Below, piece after piece: positions 39,101 through 48,900 of a DNA stretch of 64,000 nt. The DNA is taken from the NCBI GenBank assembly GCA_965204745.1, contig OZ242010.1, forward strand, positions 3,200,001 to 3,264,000. Direction: 5' to 3'. The position numbers were made by a program, and so were the translations under genes. The notes beneath the pieces were generated by a model. It had not been told where the DNA came from. It was given only the letters and a program-made list of their open reading frames with translations, and searched no databases. The stretch comes from Candidatus Latescibacterota bacterium (GTDB lineage: Bacteria > Latescibacterota > UBA2968). Numbering within the stretch: the first letter of the stretch is position 1; every line of letters begins with the position of its first letter.

Positions 39101-40774
39101 CGTCGCGTCGGTTGAGCGATAATAGCGCAGGGTCGTCGCCGCCGCCTCAGCCATGCCTTGATTGTGAACCTTCGCGCTTAGCGTGAGCGACTGCCCCGGC
39201 GTCAGCGTGGTATTATCCACCGATGCCGATTGTACGACCAGGTCTGGCGCGCCAACGACCACTCGGATGCCAGTCGAGCAGTTGTTGCTGACATCGGTCT
39301 CGCCGCTGACCGCAGCCACACACGCGCCGTAGTAATACGTGCCAGCACTCAAAGGCGCGGTCAGAAGGATCGATTCCAAACCCGTGCCCGAAGCCGAAAG
39401 CACGCTGACTGCGTCCGTGCCCACAGACCTATCGCTGGTCGCGATCGTCGCGTCGGACGATTGATGATAACGCAAGGTCGTCGCGGCTGATGGCCCCGTG
39501 CCCCGGTTGCGAACGGTGGCTTGCAGGGTGAAGGATTGACCGGGCGTCAGCGTGCTATCGCTGACCGACGGTGCTTCAACGATCAGATCCGGACTGCGAC
39601 TCCCACCACCGCCACCACCACCGCCACCGACTGTCACGCGCACGCCGGTCGAGCAGTTGTTGCTGGTATCTTTCTCGTTGCTGACCGCAGCCACACACGC
39701 GCCGTAGTAATACGTGCCCGGGGTCAAAGGCGCGGTCAGAGGGATCGATTCCAAACCCGTGCCCGAAGCCGAAAGCACGCTGACTGCGTCCGTGCCCACA
39801 GACCTATCGCTGGTCGCGATCGTCGCGTCGGACGATTGATGATAACGCAAGGTCGTCGCGGCTGATGGCCCCGTGCCCCGGTTGCGAACGGTGGCTTGCA
39901 GGGTGAAGGATTGACCGGGCGTCAGCGTGCTATTGCTGACCGACGGCGCTTCAACGACCAGATCCGGACTGCGACTTCCGCCACCAGAAGGGGGTACTGA
40001 CTTGCCATAACTGCTGGCAAAACTCAGAAAATCCTGAAAGTCTATCGCGCCATCGCTATTCAAATCGTACTTCGCTTCGTATCTGCTATCCCCGCGCCGG
40101 GCGCCATATTGCGCGACAAACGCCAAGAAATCGGGAAAGTCCACCTTCCCATTGCCATTAAAATCGGGCGTGGAAGTCGTCGGAACATTAAACGAGATCC
40201 GGCTTGTCGTGGTGAGCGTATCGCTCGAGGACAAACTTTCAGAAAGCGTCACCAACCCAAGACCAATGGAAAATTCCCGGCCCGTAACATCGGGCGCCGT
40301 GGTGAACTCTGCCCGTGCCAGAAAACCCGACGACGCCAAACGAACCGGCGAAAACGCCGCGAAGTCCGTGCCCGTCGGTTGTGGCACGTTAAAGACAAAC
40401 GCGCGGTTCTCCGCTTTGACAAAGGTCAACAGAGTCGCATCAAAGGCAAACTGAAGTTGCATGCCGATCAAAGATGTGGTCACGCCGGTTGCAAAAACCT
40501 CAATGGCAATCGTATCTCGTCCAGACGCGGTGCCTGATGTGACTTCATTATCTCTCTGATCGCCCGCGCCGCCATTGGGAATCAGATCGAGCGACACCCG
40601 CGCATTGGCATTGGCACCAGCGGCAACTTTCGCGCGCCGTTCAGAAATCGGGGAAGATTCCCCTGTGCCCGCGCCGCCTTGGGCATCCGGTTCGGCTGCG
40701 ACTTGATAGACCACAAAGACCAACGCTGTGAGCGCGGTCATACACAAGCCCGTTGACAAAATCAGTTTACGCAT
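33188..40774 (-). CDS. Giant surface protein: cohesin-like + dockerin/EF-hand + 17 CARDB repeats + 6-blade YWTD propeller
   Basis: Signal/TM; PDFNGNGKVDFPDFL...YDLNSDGAIDFQDFL; 17 x ~116-aa PDL.V.SPSV...ATVRN.G...LRYY.S.DATI...GTYYYGACV...NNCS; 6 x KMYW..KIQRANLDGSNVEDLITT. Confidence 0.9.
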   Translation of the reverse strand: MRKLILSTGLCMTALTALVFVVYQVAAEPDAQGGAGTGESSPISERRAKVAAGANANARVSLDLIPNGGAGDQRDNEVTSGTASGRDTIAIEVFATGVTTSLIGMQLQFAFDATLLTFVKAENRAFVFNVPQPTGTDFAAFSPVRLASSGFLARAEFTTAPDVTGREFSIGLGLVTLSESLSSSDTLTTTSRISFNVPTTSTPDFNGNGKVDFPDFLAFVAQYGARRGDSRYEAKYDLNSDGAIDFQDFLSFASSYGKSVPPSGGGSRSPDLVVEAPSVSNSTLTPGQSFTLQATVRNRGTGPSAATTLRYHQSSDATIATSDRSVGTDAVSVLSASGTGLESIPLTAPLTPGTYYYGACVAAVSNEKDTSNNCSTGVRVTVGGGGGGGGGSRSPDLIVEAPSVSDSTLTPGQSFTLQATVRNRGTGPSAATTLRYHQSSDATIATSDRSVGTDAVSVLSASGTGLESILLTAPLSAGTYYYGACVAAVSGETDVSNNCSTGIRVVVGAPDLVVQSASVDNTTLTPGQSLTLSAKVHNQGMAEAAATTLRYYRSTDATITTGDTEVGTDSVNRLAARNGLDTSVRLTAPAATGTYYYGACVAAVSGEKDTSNNCSAGVQVIVGAPGLLVQSLTASNTTPTPGQSITLRATVGNRGTAAATAATLRYYQSSDATITTGDTEVGTADVISTLAVGATSVQSSSVTTPATAGTYYYGACVLAVRGSSDNCSAGVRVVVGAPDLLVQSPSVDNTTPTAGQSITLRATVRNRGTATSAATTLRYYLSADATITTGDTEVGTADAISALAVSATSVQSSSVPVSAIPGTYYYGACVVAVSNEKDTSNNCSVSVRVTVGAPDLVVQSPSVDKTTAATAQSLTLSATVRNQGTGAATTTTLRYYLSADATITTGDTEVGTDAVSALAVSATSVQSSSVPVAAIPGTYYYGACVDAVSGESNTTNNCSTGVRVTVGTPDLLVQSASVDNTTLTPGQAFTLRATVLNRGTAAAATTTLRYYQSSDATITTGDTEVGTADAISALAVSATSEQSSSVTAPATAGTYYYGACVASIGESNTDNNCSTGVQVIVGAPGLLVQSVSVDDTTPTPGQAITLRATVGNRGTAAATAATLRYYQSSDATITTGDTEVGTADAISALAVSATSEQSSRVTAPLTAGTYYYGACVLVRGLSDTNNNCSAGVRVVVGAPDLLVQSPAVDNTTPTTGQAFTLSATVFNRGTAEVAAATLRYYRSTDATITTGDTEVGSSDAISVLAVSAKSVQSSSVTAPSTTGTYYYGACVDAVSGESNTNNNCSTGVQVTVGAPDLLVQSPAVDKTTATPGQVLTLRATVRNQGTATATATTLRYYQSSDATITTSDTQVGTADAISALAASATSEQSSSVTAPAAVGTYYFGACVASVSAESATNNNCSDGVRVMVVVPDLIVESPSVDDTTPTPEQSITLRATVRNQGTGQAATTTLRYYRSTNATITTGDTEVGSSDAISALAASATSEQSSSVTAPTTAGTYYYGACVASVSGETDVSNNCSAGVQVTVGAPDLVVQSPSVNDTTPTPGQSLTLGATVRNQGTAEAAATTLRYYQSSDATITTDDTEVGSSDAISALAAAATSEQSSSVTAPATAGTYYYGACVVAVSGETDVSNNCSASVQVTVGAPDLLVQSPSVNDTTPTPGQSLALSATVRNQGTAEAAATTLRYYQSSDATITTDDTEVGSSDAISALAATATSEQSSSVTAPATAGTYYYGACVVAVSAETDVSNNCSAGVQVVVGAPDLVVQSPSVNDTTPTPGQSLTLSATVRNQGTAEAVATTLRYYQSSDATITTDDTEVGSSDAISALAASATSEQSSSVTAPATAGTYYYGACVASVSGETDTNNNCSASVQVTVGAPDLLVQSPSVNDTTPTPGQSITLSATVRNQGTAEAVATTLRYYQSSDATITTGDTEVGSSDAISALAAAATSEQSSSVTAPATAGTYYYGACVVAVSGETDVSNNCSASVQVTVGAPDLVVQSPSVDDTTPTPGQSLTLSATVRNQGTAEAVATTLRYYQSSDATITTGDTEVGSSDAISALAATATSEQSSSVTAPATAGTYYFGACVAAVSGETDVSNNCSAGVQVTVGAPDLVVQSPSVDDTTSTPGQSLTLSATVRNQGTGPATATTLRYYQSSDATITTGDTEVGSSDAISALAASATSEQSSSVTAPSTTGTYYYGACVGAVTGESNTNNNCSTGVRVTVKPSKMYWITDYMFKIKRANLDGSQIEDLITIGNSNAWGHAGIALDGGSGKIYWTESHEDTNFGDNPFPLQRLFRAKIKRANLDGSQIEDLITVKDTISTDGNGNWNILTSIALDVGRGKMYWTNPGTDKIHRANLDGSNVEDLITTGLSNPYSIALDVGRGKMYWTDSDTDKIHRANLDGSNVEDLITTGLSFSLDIALDVGRGKMYWTDAEANKIQRANLDGSNVEDLITTGLDRPVGIALDVGRGKMYWTNLYPDKIQRANLDGSNVEDLITSAEGTLRRIALDLR

Positions 40775-41173
40775 CACTCGCTCCTTGTGAAAGTTTGGGC
40801 GACTTTAGAATAGGCGTCGCCCGAAGCCTTTACTGCATTCCCCCTCAATGAGCACGCACGCACCGAAAGATAAAAGTGCGGTAAATACTGAATATTTTTT
40901 ATTTTTCGGTGATTTTTTTCATGTCTTATAGAGAGGGAAGCGAAACTGACAAGAGGTGTGTCTGCCCAGTTCAACCCTCGGTTGACCGCTCGACCAACGC
41001 GAGACAACCCCACCCTCGGAGACAGCTCCACGGCCGCACGCTTCGTTGTGCTCGGTCGCCGCGGTCAATCTGCACGGGCGGGCTTATTGCTTCAGGCGTG
41101 CCAGATGTCGGCGTTCACGCCGTGACGCTACAAAGGCTTGTGCCGTTATCGGCTCTTTCTCGCCACCTACCGG

Positions 41174-44100
41174 TTAGGGCAACCCGTCAATCCTGTAATC
41201 GTTGCCCACCCGAGTCCCTCTAAATCCGTTCAAATTGAAGCTGCGAATGCACAACCTGCCGCTACCGAAGGGAGTATAAACGACGCACCCACCGCCGACA
41301 TTTCTAAACTCTCCACCGCTGATCTGACAACTCTGGTTAGGACGCACGACCAGCCCCACCCTGCAAGCACCGAGACTGCCACTGCCGCCACCACCGCCAC
41401 CGCCACCACCACCGCCGCTACTCACCGTAACGCGCGCGGCATCCGAGCAGTTGTTGGTGGTGTTGCTCTCGCCGCTGACGCTTGCCACGCACGCGCCGTA
41501 GTAATACGTGCCCGCACGCGACGGCGCAGTCAGACGGATCGATTCCCTACTGGTCGCCGAAGCCGAAAGACCGCTGACCGAATCTGTGCCCACTTCTGTA
41601 TCGCTCGTGGAGATCGTCGCATTGGACGAGCGATAATAGCGCAAGGTCGTTGCGGCTGACCGAGCCGTGCCGCGATTGCGGACTGTGGCATTCAGGGTGA
41701 AGGATAGACCGCTGGACGAGCTGGTCGAAAGCGATTCAACGATCAGGTCAGGACGACCACTGCCACTGCCACTGCCACCGCCACTACCGCCACTCTGAAA
41801 ACTTGCGTGAACGGTATAGCTTCCAGTCTCTGACGAGCCATACCCTCGTACTGCGATGTAGTAGGTCCCCGCACTCACAGAGCGTGCTATGCTGAAATTC
41901 GTACCACTTCCGTCATCGTCATCGGTTTCCAAAGTGGTGCCGGAACTGCTTTGCAACGTACCATAAGTATCGGTGTTGCCTGTCGTATAAACCGTCAAGG
42001 TGCCAGAACGGCTGACTTGCACCCTGAAGTAATCAACATCGCCGCCGGTTTCTATCCGCCCAGAGCGTGAGCCACCCAAAGACAGGCTGGTCGCGCCAGA
42101 TCGGGTATTGCTGTGATCATCGCTACCGCCACCACCCCCGCCACCGCCACCACCACCCCCGCCAGTCACCGTAATGCGCACGGCATCCGAGCAGTTGTTG
42201 TCGGTGTTGCTCTCGCCGCTGACGCTTGCCACGCACGCGCCGTAGTAATACGTGCCCGCACGCGACGGCGCAGTCAGACGGATCGATTCCCTACTGGTCG
42301 CCGAAGCCGAAAGACCGCTGACCGAATCTGTGCCCACTTCTGTATCGCTCGTGGAGATCGTCGCATTGGACGAGCGATAATAGCGCAAGGTCGTTGCGGC
42401 TGACCGAGCCGTGCCCCGGTTGCGGACTGTGGCATTCAGGGTGAAGGATAGACCGCTGGGCGAGCTGGTCGAAAGCGATTCAACGATCAGGTCAGGACGT
42501 CCACTGCCACCGCCACCGCCACCACCACCACTGCCGCTACTCACCGTGACGCGCACGCCTGTTGAACAGTTGTTGTCGGTATTGCTCTCGCCACTGACGC
42601 TTGCCACGCACGCACCGTAGTAATACGTGCCGGGGATCGCTGACACGGGCACGCTACTCGACTGCACACTCGTCGCTGACACCGCCAAGGCGCTTATCGC
42701 ATCCGCCGTGCCAACTTCTGTGTCGCCGGTGGTGATCGTCGCGTCGGCTGAGAGGTAATAGCGCAGGGTGGTCGCCGTCGCCGCTGCCGTGCCTCGGTTG
42801 AGCACCGTCGCACGTAGCGTGATCGACTGCCCAGCCGTCGGCGTGGTATTATCCACCGATGGCGATTGCACAACCAGGTCTGGCGCGCCAACGACCACTC
42901 GGACACCGGCCGAGCAGTTATCGCTCGAGCCCCTGACCGCTACCACACACGCGCCGTAGTAATACGTGCCCGCACGCGACGGCGCAGTCAGACGGATCGA
43001 TTCCCTACTGGTCGCCGAAGCCGAAAGACCGCTGACCGAATCCGTGCCCACTTCTGTATCGCTCGTGGAGATCGTCGCATTGGACGAGCGGTAGTAGCGC
43101 AAGGTCGTTGCGGCTGACCGAGCCGTGCCGCGATTGCGAACTGTGGCGCGCAGGGTGAAGGATTGCCCAGGCGTCAAGGTGCTATCGCTGACCGAAGGCG
43201 ATTCAACGATCAGATCGGGAAGACTGATACTACCGGTCCCCTGAGTATCCAGCGCGATGCCACCTGGCGTAGTCAATCCTGTGGTGATGAGGTCTTCGAC
43301 ATTGGAGCCATCCAAGTTGGCACGCTGAATCTTATCCGTGCCATTGTCTGTCCAGTACATCTTTCCGCGTCCCACATCCAGCGCGATGCCCAATGGCGTA
43401 GTCAATCCTGTGGTGATGAGGTCTTCGACATTGGAGCCATCCAAGTTGGCACGCTGAATCTTATCCGTGCCATTGTCTGTCCAGTACATCTTTCCGCGTC
43501 CCACATCCAGCGCGATGCCCAATGGCGTAGTCAATCCTGTGGTGATGAGGTCTTCGACATTGGAGCCATCCAAGTTGGCACACTGAATCTTCTCCGTGCC
43601 CCAGTCTGTCCAGTACATCTTTTCGCGTCCCACATCCAGCGCGATGCCTTCTGGTGTCCTCAATCCTGTGGTGATGAGGTCTTCGACATTAGAGCCATCC
43701 AAGTTGGCACGCTGAATCTTCTCCGTGCCAGTGTCCGTCCAGTACATCTTTCCGCGTACCACATCCAGCACGATGCCAACTGGCGTAGTCAATCCTGTGG
43801 TGATGAGGTCTTCGACATTGGAGCCATCCAAGTTGGCACACTGAATCTTATCCGTGCCAGCGTCCGTCCAGTACATCTTTCCGCGTACCACATCCAGCGC
43901 GATGCCAACAGGTGTCCTCAATCCTGTGGTGATGAGGTCTTCGACATTGGAGCCATCCAAGTTGGCACGCTGAATCTTCTCCGTGCCAGTGTCTCTCCAG
44001 TACATCTTCGGCGTACCAACCCCGCCACCGCCACCGCTACTCACCGTGACGCGCACGCCCTCCGAGCAGTTGTTGTCGGTGTTGCTCTCGCCGCTGACGC

Positions 44101-45763
44101 TTGCCACGCACGCGCCGTAGTAATACGTGCCTGAACCCGACGGCGCAGTCAGACTGATCGATTCCGAACCCGTGCCCGAAGCGGACAGACCGCTGACCGA
44201 ATCTGTGCCCACTTCTGTATCGCTCGTGGCGATCGTCGCGTCGGACGAGCGGTAGTAGCGCAAGGTCGTTGCGGCTGACCGAGCCGTGCCCCGATTGCGA
44301 ACGGTGGCTTGCAAGGTGAAGGATTGCCCAGGCGTCAAGGTGCTATCGCTGACCGACGGCGATTCAACGATCAGATCGGGACTACTACTACCGCCACCGC
44401 CGCCACCGCCACCACTGACCGTGACGCGCACGGCATCCGAGCAGTTGTTGTTGGTGTTGCTCTCCCCGCTGACGCTTGCCACGCACGCGCCGTAGTAATA
44501 CGTGCCGGTACTCGACGGAGCAGTTAGACTGATCGATTCCGAACCCGTGCGAGAAGCCGAAAGCCCGCTCACGCTATCCGTGCCCACTTCTGTATCGCTC
44601 GTGGAGATCGTCGCATTGGACGAGCGGTAGTAGCGCAAGGTCGTCGAGGCTGATTGCCCCGTGCCCCGATTGCGAACGGTGGCTTGCAAGGTGAAGGATT
44701 GCCCAGGCGTCAAGGTGCTATCGCTGACCGACGGCGATTCAACGATCAGATCGGGACTGCTACTGCCACCAGGAGGTGGAGGAGGCGGTACTGGGCTGCC
44801 ATAACTGCCGGCAAAACTCAGAAAATCCCGAAAGTCTATCGCGCCATCGCTATTCAAATCATACTTCGCTTGGTATCTGCTATCCCCGCGCCGGGCACCA
44901 TATCGCCCTGCAAACGCCAAGAAGTCGGGAAAGCCTACCGTGCCATCGCCGTTAAAATCGGGTGTGGGACCCATCGCATTAAAAGTCAATGGCGTCGCCG
45001 CGGTGAGCATATCCGTCTCACCAATATTAGTGCCATCCGCCACATTTATGCTGGCACTAACTGTGAATTCGGTACCTGTTACATCAGAAACTGTCGTAAG
45101 CGTAACCGTTCCCAAATAGCCGTTGGGCAGGGCAACGCCCGGTGGGAAACCACCAAACGAGACAGTTCTTGCGGTAGTCCCAAGAACCGACAACCCCGGC
45201 GTAGCCGCCGCACTTTTGACGGTCAGCCTATTCGTATCAATGGAAAACGCACCACCGATAATTGGGCCTGCCAACCCCGTGATAAACACCTCGACGACAA
45301 CATCGGTACCAGCACCTGCAACAGTGCCCGATTTATTCCCATCATCCCTTTTAGGATCGCTGGCATCGATGTCCAAGTCCAAAGACAGAACGGCATTGGC
45401 ATTGGGACCGGCGGCAACTTTCGCGCGCCCTATGACGTCATCCGCGCTGTGCGTGGGTTCATCCTCGGCGATGCGTTCAAGATACAGGGTCATATTGGCA
45501 TTGGCACCGGCGGCAACTTTCGCGCGCCCTATGACGTCATCCGCGCTGTGCGTGGGTTCATCTTCGGCGATGCGTTCAAGATACAGGGTCATATTGGCAT
45601 TGGGACCGGCGGCAACTTTCGCGCGCCGTTCAGCAATCGGGGAAGATTCCCCTGTGGTCGCGCCGCCTTGGGCATCCGGTTCGGCTGCGACTTGATAGAC
45701 CACAAAGACCAGCGCTGTGAGCGCGGTCATCAACAGGCCTGTTGACAAAATCAGTTTACGCAT
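41174..45763 (-). CDS. Surface protein paralogue 2: dockerin/EF-hand, 6 CARDB, YWTD propeller, PPC-like domain, Cys-containing C-terminal module
   Basis: Same modules; PPC-like DDHSNTRSGAT...DVDYFRV...DTYGTL...GTYYIAV; C-term LGACRVG...FNLNGFRGTRVGNDYRIDGLP. Confidence 0.9.
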   Translation of the reverse strand: MRKLILSTGLLMTALTALVFVVYQVAAEPDAQGGATTGESSPIAERRAKVAAGPNANMTLYLERIAEDEPTHSADDVIGRAKVAAGANANMTLYLERIAEDEPTHSADDVIGRAKVAAGPNANAVLSLDLDIDASDPKRDDGNKSGTVAGAGTDVVVEVFITGLAGPIIGGAFSIDTNRLTVKSAAATPGLSVLGTTARTVSFGGFPPGVALPNGYLGTVTLTTVSDVTGTEFTVSASINVADGTNIGETDMLTAATPLTFNAMGPTPDFNGDGTVGFPDFLAFAGRYGARRGDSRYQAKYDLNSDGAIDFRDFLSFAGSYGSPVPPPPPPGGSSSPDLIVESPSVSDSTLTPGQSFTLQATVRNRGTGQSASTTLRYYRSSNATISTSDTEVGTDSVSGLSASRTGSESISLTAPSSTGTYYYGACVASVSGESNTNNNCSDAVRVTVSGGGGGGGGSSSPDLIVESPSVSDSTLTPGQSFTLQATVRNRGTARSAATTLRYYRSSDATIATSDTEVGTDSVSGLSASGTGSESISLTAPSGSGTYYYGACVASVSGESNTDNNCSEGVRVTVSSGGGGGVGTPKMYWRDTGTEKIQRANLDGSNVEDLITTGLRTPVGIALDVVRGKMYWTDAGTDKIQCANLDGSNVEDLITTGLTTPVGIVLDVVRGKMYWTDTGTEKIQRANLDGSNVEDLITTGLRTPEGIALDVGREKMYWTDWGTEKIQCANLDGSNVEDLITTGLTTPLGIALDVGRGKMYWTDNGTDKIQRANLDGSNVEDLITTGLTTPLGIALDVGRGKMYWTDNGTDKIQRANLDGSNVEDLITTGLTTPGGIALDTQGTGSISLPDLIVESPSVSDSTLTPGQSFTLRATVRNRGTARSAATTLRYYRSSNATISTSDTEVGTDSVSGLSASATSRESIRLTAPSRAGTYYYGACVVAVRGSSDNCSAGVRVVVGAPDLVVQSPSVDNTTPTAGQSITLRATVLNRGTAAATATTLRYYLSADATITTGDTEVGTADAISALAVSATSVQSSSVPVSAIPGTYYYGACVASVSGESNTDNNCSTGVRVTVSSGSGGGGGGGGSGRPDLIVESLSTSSPSGLSFTLNATVRNRGTARSAATTLRYYRSSNATISTSDTEVGTDSVSGLSASATSRESIRLTAPSRAGTYYYGACVASVSGESNTDNNCSDAVRITVTGGGGGGGGGGGGGSDDHSNTRSGATSLSLGGSRSGRIETGGDVDYFRVQVSRSGTLTVYTTGNTDTYGTLQSSSGTTLETDDDDGSGTNFSIARSVSAGTYYIAVRGYGSSETGSYTVHASFQSGGSGGGSGSGSGRPDLIVESLSTSSSSGLSFTLNATVRNRGTARSAATTLRYYRSSNATISTSDTEVGTDSVSGLSASATSRESIRLTAPSRAGTYYYGACVASVSGESNTTNNCSDAARVTVSSGGGGGGGGGGGSGSLGACRVGLVVRPNQSCQISGGEFRNVGGGCVVYTPFGSGRLCIRSFNLNGFRGTRVGNDYRIDGLP

Positions 45764-45895
45764 CACTCGCTCCTTGTGAAAGTTTGGGCGACTTTAGAAT
45801 AGGCGTCGCCCGAAGCCTTTTCAAAAAGCGCGATCTCCACGCCCCCCGAACACTGAGCCACACAACAACAACAACGCAAGACAACCCAATCGTAT

Positions 45896-45955
45896 GCACA
45901 AGCCCTCGCAACAGGCTCCTACCTTCAGAGGACGCTACAAAGGCTTGTGCCGTTA
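45896..45955 (-). other. 3'-UTR hairpin of the ACAAGCC family with G-U pairs on the coding strand
   Basis: Minus strand GCACAAGCCTTTGTAGC...GTTGCGAGGGCTTGTGC; all four deviations from perfect pairing are G-U. Confidence 0.6.
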
Positions 45956-45980
45956 TCGGCTCTTTCTCGCCACCTACCGG

Positions 45981-48900
45981 TTAGGGCAACCCGTCAATCC
46001 TGTAATCGTTGCCCACCCGAGTCCCTCTAAATCCGTTCAAATTGAAGCTGCGACCAAGGCAAAACCTGCCGCTGCCGAAGGGAGTATAAACGAAGCACCC
46101 ACCGCCGACATTTCTAAACTCTCCACCGCTGATCTGACAGCTCTGGTTAGGACGCACGACCATCCCCACCCTGCAAGCACCGAGACTGCCACTGCCGCTA
46201 CCACCCCCACCACTGCCGCCACCACCCCCGCCACTGCCGCCACTCACCGTAATGCGCACGGCATCCGAGCAGTTGTTGTCGGTGTTGCTCTCGCCGCTGA
46301 CGCTTGCCACGCACGCGCCGTAGTAATACGTGCCCGCACGCGACGGCGCAGTCAGACGGATCGATTCCCTACTGGTCGCCGAAGCCGAAAGACCGCTGAC
46401 CGAATCTGTGCCCACTTCTGTATCGCTCGTGGAGATCGTCGCATTGGACGAGCGATAATAGCGCAAGGTCGTTGCGGCTGACCGAGCCGTGCCCCGGTTG
46501 CGGACTGTGGCATTCAGGGTGAAGGATAGACCGCTGGACGAGCTAGTCGAAAGCGATTCAACGATCAGGTCAGGACGACCACTGCCACTGCCACTGCCAC
46601 CGCCACTACCGCCACTCTGAAAACTTGCGTGAACGGTATAGCTTCCAGTGGCATTATTCCCATACTCTTCTACTTTGATGTAGTAGGTCCCCGCACTCAC
46701 GGAACGTGCTATGCTGAAATTCCTACCACTTCCGTCATCGTCATCGGTTTCCAAAGTGGTGCCGGAACTGCTTTGCAACGTACCATAAGTATCAGTATTT
46801 CCTGTCGTATAAACCGTCAAGGTGCCAGAACTACTGACTTGCACCCTGAAGTAATCGACATCGCTGCCGGTTTCTATCCGCCCAGAGCGTGAGCCACCCA
46901 AAGACAGGCTGGTCGCGCCAGATCGGGTATTGCTGTGGTCATCGCTGCCGCCGCCGCTACCCCCGCCACCACTGCCGCCACTCTGAAAACTTGCGTGAAC
47001 GGTATAGCTTCCAGTCTCTGACGAGGAATAGCCTCGTACTGCGATGTAGTAGGTCCCCGCACTCACAGAGCGTGCTATGCTGAAATTCGTACCACTTCCG
47101 TCATCGTCATCGGTTTCCAAAGTGGTGCCGGAACTGCTTTGCAACGTACCATAAGTATCAGTATTTCCTGTCGTATAAACCGTCAAGGCCCCAGAACTAC
47201 TGACTTGCACCCTGAAGTAATCGACATCGCCGCCGGTTTCTATCCGCCCAGAGCGTGAGCCACCCAAAGACAGGCTGGTCGCGCCAGATCGGGTATTGCT
47301 GTGATCATCACTCACCGTAACACGCACGCCTGTTGAGCAGTTGTTGTTGGTGTTGCTCTCGCCGCTGACGCTTGCCACGCACGCACCGAAGTAATACGTG
47401 CCCGCACGCGACGGTGCTCTCAGAATGATAGATTCCGCACTGGTACCAGAAGCCGAAAGACCGCTGACCGAATCTGTGCCCACTTCTATATCGCCCGTGG
47501 AGATCCCCACGTTGCCCGAGCCGTAGTAGCGCAAGGTCGTCGAGGCTGACCGAGCCGTGCCCCGGTTGCGAACGGTGGCGCGCAAGGTGAAGGATTGCCC
47601 AGGCGTCAAGGTGCTATCGCTGACCGACGGCGATTCAACGATCAGATCGGGACGACTGCCACCCCCACCACCCCCACCACTACTGCCACCACCGCCACCG
47701 GCACTACCGGTCCCCTGAGTATCCAGCGCGATGCCAGATAGCCCATCCACTCCTGTGGTGATGAGGTCTTCTACCTGGGAGCCATCCAAGTTGGCACGCT
47801 GAATCTTCGCCGTGTTAATGTCCGTCCAGTACATCTTTCCGCGTCCCACATCCAGCGCGATGCCCTCTGGCCCAAGCGCTCCTGTGGCTGGTACTGTGGT
47901 GATGAGGTCTTCGACATTGGAGCCATCCAAGTTGGCACGCTGAATCTTAGGAGGGTCATTCGGGTACTTGCGTGTCCAGTACATCTTTCCGCGTCCCACA
48001 TCCAGCGCGATGCCATATGGCCCAAGCGCTCCTGTGGTGATGAGGTCTTCTACCTGGGAGCCATCCAAATTGGCACGCTGAATCTTCTCCGTGTTAATGT
48101 CCGTCCAGTACATCTTTCCGCGTCCCACATCCAGCGCGATGCCAAATGGCCCACTCAATCCTGTGGTGATGAGGTCTTCGACATTGGAGCCATCCAAGTT
48201 GGCACGCTGAATCTTAGACGTGCGACCGCCACCGTCAAAGTCCACGTTCGTCCAGTACATCTTTCCGCGTCCCACATCCAGCGCGATGCCCAATGGCCCA
48301 ATCAATCCTGTGGTGATGAGGTCTTCGACATTGGAGCCATCCAAGTTGGCACGCTGAATCTTATCCGTGCGACCGTCAATGTCCACGTTCGTCCAGTACA
48401 TCTTTCCGCGTCCCACATCCAGCGCGATGTCATATGGCGTAGTCAATCCTGTGGTGATGAGGTCTTCGACATTGGAGCCATCCAAGTTGGCACGCTGAAT
48501 CTTAGACGTGACAAAGTCTATCCAGTACATCTTGGGCGTACCGCTACCGCTACCGCCACCACCGCCACCACTGACCGTGACGCGCACGCCAGCCGAGCAG
48601 TTGTTGTTGGTGTTGCTCTCCCCGCTGACGCTTGCCACGCACGCGCCGTAGTAATACGTGCCGGTACTCGACGGAGCAGTTAGACTGATCGATTCCGAAC
48701 CCGTGCGAGAAGCCGAAAGCCCGCTCACGCTATCCGTGCCCACTTCTGTATCGCTCGTGGAGATCGTCGCATTGGACGAGCGGTAGTAGCGCAAGGTCGT
48801 CGAGGCTGACCGAGCCGTGCCCCGATTGCGAACGGTGGCGCGCAGGGTGAAGGATTGCCCAGGCGTCAGCGTGCTATCGCTGACCGACGGCGATTCAACG

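Noticed and set aside
41174-46200. Near-identical C-termini of paralogues 2 and 3 as a DGR template/variable repeat pair
   Set aside because: Both copies are coding gene ends, the differences are few, not adenine-specific and include an indel, and no reverse transcriptase is in the window
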